Both the position numbers and the translations under genes were made by a program. From a bacterium (lineage in GTDB: Bacteria > Patescibacteriota > Dojkabacteria > SC72), in NCBI GenBank assembly GCA_021463465.1, contig JAJTYH010000003.1, positions 417,942 through 452,990 on the forward strand: 35,049 nucleotides of DNA, given 5' to 3'. Under the pieces are notes generated by a model. It did not search any database, was not told the origin of the DNA, and saw only the letters and a list, made by a program, of their open reading frames with translations. Positions 32,774 to 35,049 of this stretch are shown piece after piece. How positions within the stretch are numbered: position 1 is the first letter of the stretch; every line of letters begins with the position of its first letter.

Positions 32774-33533
32774 TAACAAAAAAATAATTGAAAGTATGGT
32801 TATGGAAGGCGGCCAAGTCCGCCAAGAGTTTAGGCAGGGACTTGAACAGGAATTGTTGCAGAAGCTGGATTCAAAACCAGCGTATATAAATTTATTTTTA
32901 CTTAATATGTCCAGTTTAATTAAAGTTTTAGGCCTCGCACTGTTATTTGGTGTTGCAGGTATTTTTACGTACAATTATTTATATCCACAAGGCAAGGTGG
33001 TTCAAATAAGTAGCTATGATCAAGTAGTTGCGCAGATGCCAGTTAATCCCAACGCAGATGCCTCAATGTCCAAGATTGCCGTAGATGAACACAATTCAAT
33101 TTCAACTGCGGCCTTAGCATTGAGTTTTACTCCACTTAAGCCGATAAAGGTCTTTGGAGGTGAATTGGCTTCGGTGCAAACCTCTAAGTCTTTTGATGGT
33201 AGTAAATCGGACAGCATGTACTTAACCTTTGTTAAAAACGGAGATATTTTCTTCCGGCTTTCTGAAATGAAGCAAGACGTTGCGGATTTCTATGTGCCTG
33301 AGGAGGGAACTAAAGTTCCTTTGACTTTTGGTGGGGATTCAGTTGATGGCTATATAGTTAAATATGATAAGAATGATATTGATCCAATCTCCGAGCAAGC
33401 TCTCTACGGTGAAGTTTTACCAGCGAGCACTTCAATTGTATTGCATCATGATGGACTATTTATTGAAGTCACTCATTTTGGTGGTCTTACCGATGGTGAA
33501 CTTAAGGAATTGGTTGAGTCTTTTGGTAGATAA
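32757..33533 (+). CDS. Putative membrane-anchored anti-sigma factor (single TM, ~185-aa extracytoplasmic domain)
   Basis: It overlaps the sigma gene by 17 nt. It has a short cytoplasmic N-terminus and one TM helix (LIKVLGLALLFGVAGIFTY). No zinc-binding HxxxCxxC motif is present. The call rests on position and topology only. Confidence 0.5.
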   Translation: MRKKVDNKKIIESMVMEGGQVRQEFRQGLEQELLQKLDSKPAYINLFLLNMSSLIKVLGLALLFGVAGIFTYNYLYPQGKVVQISSYDQVVAQMPVNPNADASMSKIAVDEHNSISTAALALSFTPLKPIKVFGGELASVQTSKSFDGSKSDSMYLTFVKNGDIFFRLSEMKQDVADFYVPEEGTKVPLTFGGDSVDGYIVKYDKNDIDPISEQALYGEVLPASTSIVLHHDGLFIEVTHFGGLTDGELKELVESFGR

Positions 33534-33573
33534 TTGGAAGTTCCCTCAAGGGCCTGTAAGTCCTAGTTATTCG

Positions 33574-34137
33574 TTAAAGGAGTAGCAGGGGAATTAGCAA
33601 GCCTAAGAGGGCGCCAACGATAACCTGGGCCACTGTATGCCTTTTAAGTTGTACTCTCGACCATGCAACAATTACAAGTATTACTCCCCAGAACACGATT
33701 AAGTATGCAGAAGGGTAGAGTGCGATGCTGGTAAACACCAGGCAAGCCAGATAAAGCATATGTCCACTTACTTTCCATAATATAGAAATAACCCCTTGTG
33801 TGAAATTGATTGCGAATATAGCCAAGGCTACGGAAAGTAGAAGTGATGAATTAGTACCAGAGGCTACCACAATCATTACTAGGTTCACTATGGATGCAGC
33901 TAGTGTAAATCGGGGTCTCTGTTTACGATCAGAAATTTCCCAATCTGAAATGAGGCCAAATTTTTTGAAGATCAGAAGGTTTGCAATGTTTAAAACCAAG
34001 AGCAATAACATAATTCCGCCCGGAGAAGCGATATTATCCTTGTCGGCTAAAATTATCAGCGCATAGGTGAGAAAGTAGGTCAAATAGGCATTAAAAAGTT
34101 TGGAAAACAGCTGGGCTACTCTATCCTTGGTTGTCAT
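33574..34137 (-). CDS. PAP2-superfamily membrane phosphatase
   Basis: It is polytopic. Motif remnants are KQRP, VSGHM and SRVQLKRHTVAQV (SRx5Hx3 with Q in place of D). Confidence 0.7.
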   Translation of the reverse strand: MTTKDRVAQLFSKLFNAYLTYFLTYALIILADKDNIASPGGIMLLLLVLNIANLLIFKKFGLISDWEISDRKQRPRFTLAASIVNLVMIVVASGTNSSLLLSVALAIFAINFTQGVISILWKVSGHMLYLACLVFTSIALYPSAYLIVFWGVILVIVAWSRVQLKRHTVAQVIVGALLGLLIPLLLL

Positions 34138-35049
34138 TTTTCAAAATATATAATCTATGCAAGGCCCGGGTTGATGCTACATAAAACAGTCTTGCATCCA
34201 AAGCCTCTTCCAGATTATAGCGATTTTTATCAACAAGTATAACTGTATCAAACTCTAGGCCTTTCGCTTTATTTACAGGAATCAAATGTATTCCTGTTTG
34301 ATAGTTTGATTGAGAAAAATCAAAGATAGGCTTCTTTAATTTGATGTGATTTAATTCAAGCTTCGTTCGAGTCTCCATACAGTGAGCTTCATCTTTGCAA
34401 ATTAATGCCACACTTGCCACGCCTTTTTCAAATTCGGAATTGATTAATTGGGTTAGACCCTTGAATCCTAAGACTTCCTCAACTTCCTCGCCATGCCTTA
34501 GAACAGCTTCAGGCAAAGTATAGTCTGTAGGAAAATACCCTTTAAGAATGGCGTTGGCATAACTAATTATTTCAATTGTGCTTCGATAAGAGCGATTAAG
34601 TTGAAAGTACAAGCCTTTTTCAGAAAATATTTTTTGCACATCGTTCCAGGAGGCGATGGCAAATGGCGGATTGATGGCTTGTGCCAAGTCTCCTGCCAAA
34701 AGCAAGTTACCTTTTCGAGAAGCCAAGAATAGGGTATAGATTTCGAACGGATTCATGTCCTGCGCTTCGTCAACTACCGTGTAATCGTTTAATGAATCTC
34801 CAGTACCATTCAGTTGAAAGTGTAACCAGACCAAAGGAGCTAGATCTTCTTGCTTAAACTCAAAACGCCTGAAAGTCTTTTGAGTATACTTTTGAACCTT
34901 GGCGCTGTTGAACCTCGCATCATTTATAAATTTGAAATAGATTTCTCGGATATCAGTTGCCTCTTTTAAAAATTGAGCAATTCGTTGCTTGGTTGCATCT
35001 GATACTTGCAATGAGGTATTCTTAAGCTTCCGATTTACCTGCTGGGAGA
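34121..35049 (-). CDS. UvrD/HelD-like superfamily 1 helicase, N-terminus beyond window edge
   Basis: The frame stays open to base 35049; the track start at 35011 is an internal TTG. Motifs are VDEAQDMNP (II), RSYRST (IV), VNKAKGLEFDTVILV and FYVASTRALHRLYI (VI). It overlaps the PAP2 gene by 17 nt. Confidence 0.85.
   Translation of the reverse strand, partial: SQQVNRKLKNTSLQVSDATKQRIAQFLKEATDIREIYFKFINDARFNSAKVQKYTQKTFRRFEFKQEDLAPLVWLHFQLNGTGDSLNDYTVVDEAQDMNPFEIYTLFLASRKGNLLLAGDLAQAINPPFAIASWNDVQKIFSEKGLYFQLNRSYRSTIEIISYANAILKGYFPTDYTLPEAVLRHGEEVEEVLGFKGLTQLINSEFEKGVASVALICKDEAHCMETRTKLELNHIKLKKPIFDFSQSNYQTGIHLIPVNKAKGLEFDTVILVDKNRYNLEEALDARLFYVASTRALHRLYILKNDNQG

Noticed and set aside
1-35049. 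Alternative genetic code (e.g. UGA recoding as in some CPR lineages), CRISPR arrays, diversity-generating retroelements, and mobile elements.
   Set aside because: TGA, TAA and TAG each terminate well-supported genes at expected lengths. No array of regularly spaced direct repeats was seen. No reverse transcriptase, transposase or integrase ORF is present in the track.

Overview
All calls come from reading the supplied translations and the DNA by eye; no database or covariance search was run. This is a densely coded, AT-rich bacterial chromosome segment. It uses the standard genetic code, since TAA, TAG and TGA all terminate clear genes. The gene content suggests a reduced-genome, Patescibacteria/CPR-like organism, which is inference only. 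Supporting features are ftsQ-ftsA-ftsZ plus a SEDS gene without mur genes, gatB-C-A, many 1-17 nt gene overlaps, and surface protease and cohesin genes.

Layout:
- 1-7010: cell-surface cluster with a truncated GH18, an S8 subtilase fused to an 8-blade Asp-box repeat domain, two glycosyltransferases and a cohesin-domain protein with a sortase-like anchor.
- 7029-7183: tRNA-Phe and tRNA-Gly.
- 7206-11707: a mixed repair/stress set with an HhH gene carrying an in-frame TAA, two DUF1801 proteins, a YcaQ/AlkZ-like glycosylase, a DEVD-variant DEAD-box helicase and an MBL hydrolase.
- 11764-19211: plus-strand division and ribosome block with ftsQ, ftsA, ftsZ, an untracked DUF1232 gene, a SEDS gene, rplU, an inserted RNA-methylase-like gene, rpmA and an rlmB-like gene.
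- 19208-28139: long minus-strand block with parB, parA, lepB, gatA, gatC, gatB, a Fic-like protein, a C39-like peptidase and ytxH, punctuated by five tRNA genes.
- 27356-27764: the only long ORF-free gap.
- 28185-28917: rnhB and tRNA-Lys.
- 28918-32149: a visibly AT-richer accessory segment with a Gfo/Idh/MocA oxidoreductase, a 338-aa orphan and a SAM methyltransferase.
- 32246-33533: an ECF sigma factor and a putative anti-sigma factor.
- 33574-35049: a PAP2 phosphatase and a truncated UvrD/HelD-like helicase.

I saw no CRISPR array, transposase, integrase, reverse transcriptase or recognisable named defence system.

Most noteworthy:
- The 409-bp gap carries RNase P RNA-like sequence islands but lacks the canonical GAGGAAAGUCC motif.
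- The protease-propeller, cohesin and glycosyltransferase genes form a surface cluster.
- A Fic-like protein with a destroyed active-site motif and a leaderless C39-like peptidase sit bracketed by tRNAs upstream of gatBCA.
- An RNA-methylase-like gene is wedged between rplU and an rpmA whose N-terminus is strongly divergent.
- An AT-rich orphan/methyltransferase operon lies downstream of tRNA-Lys.
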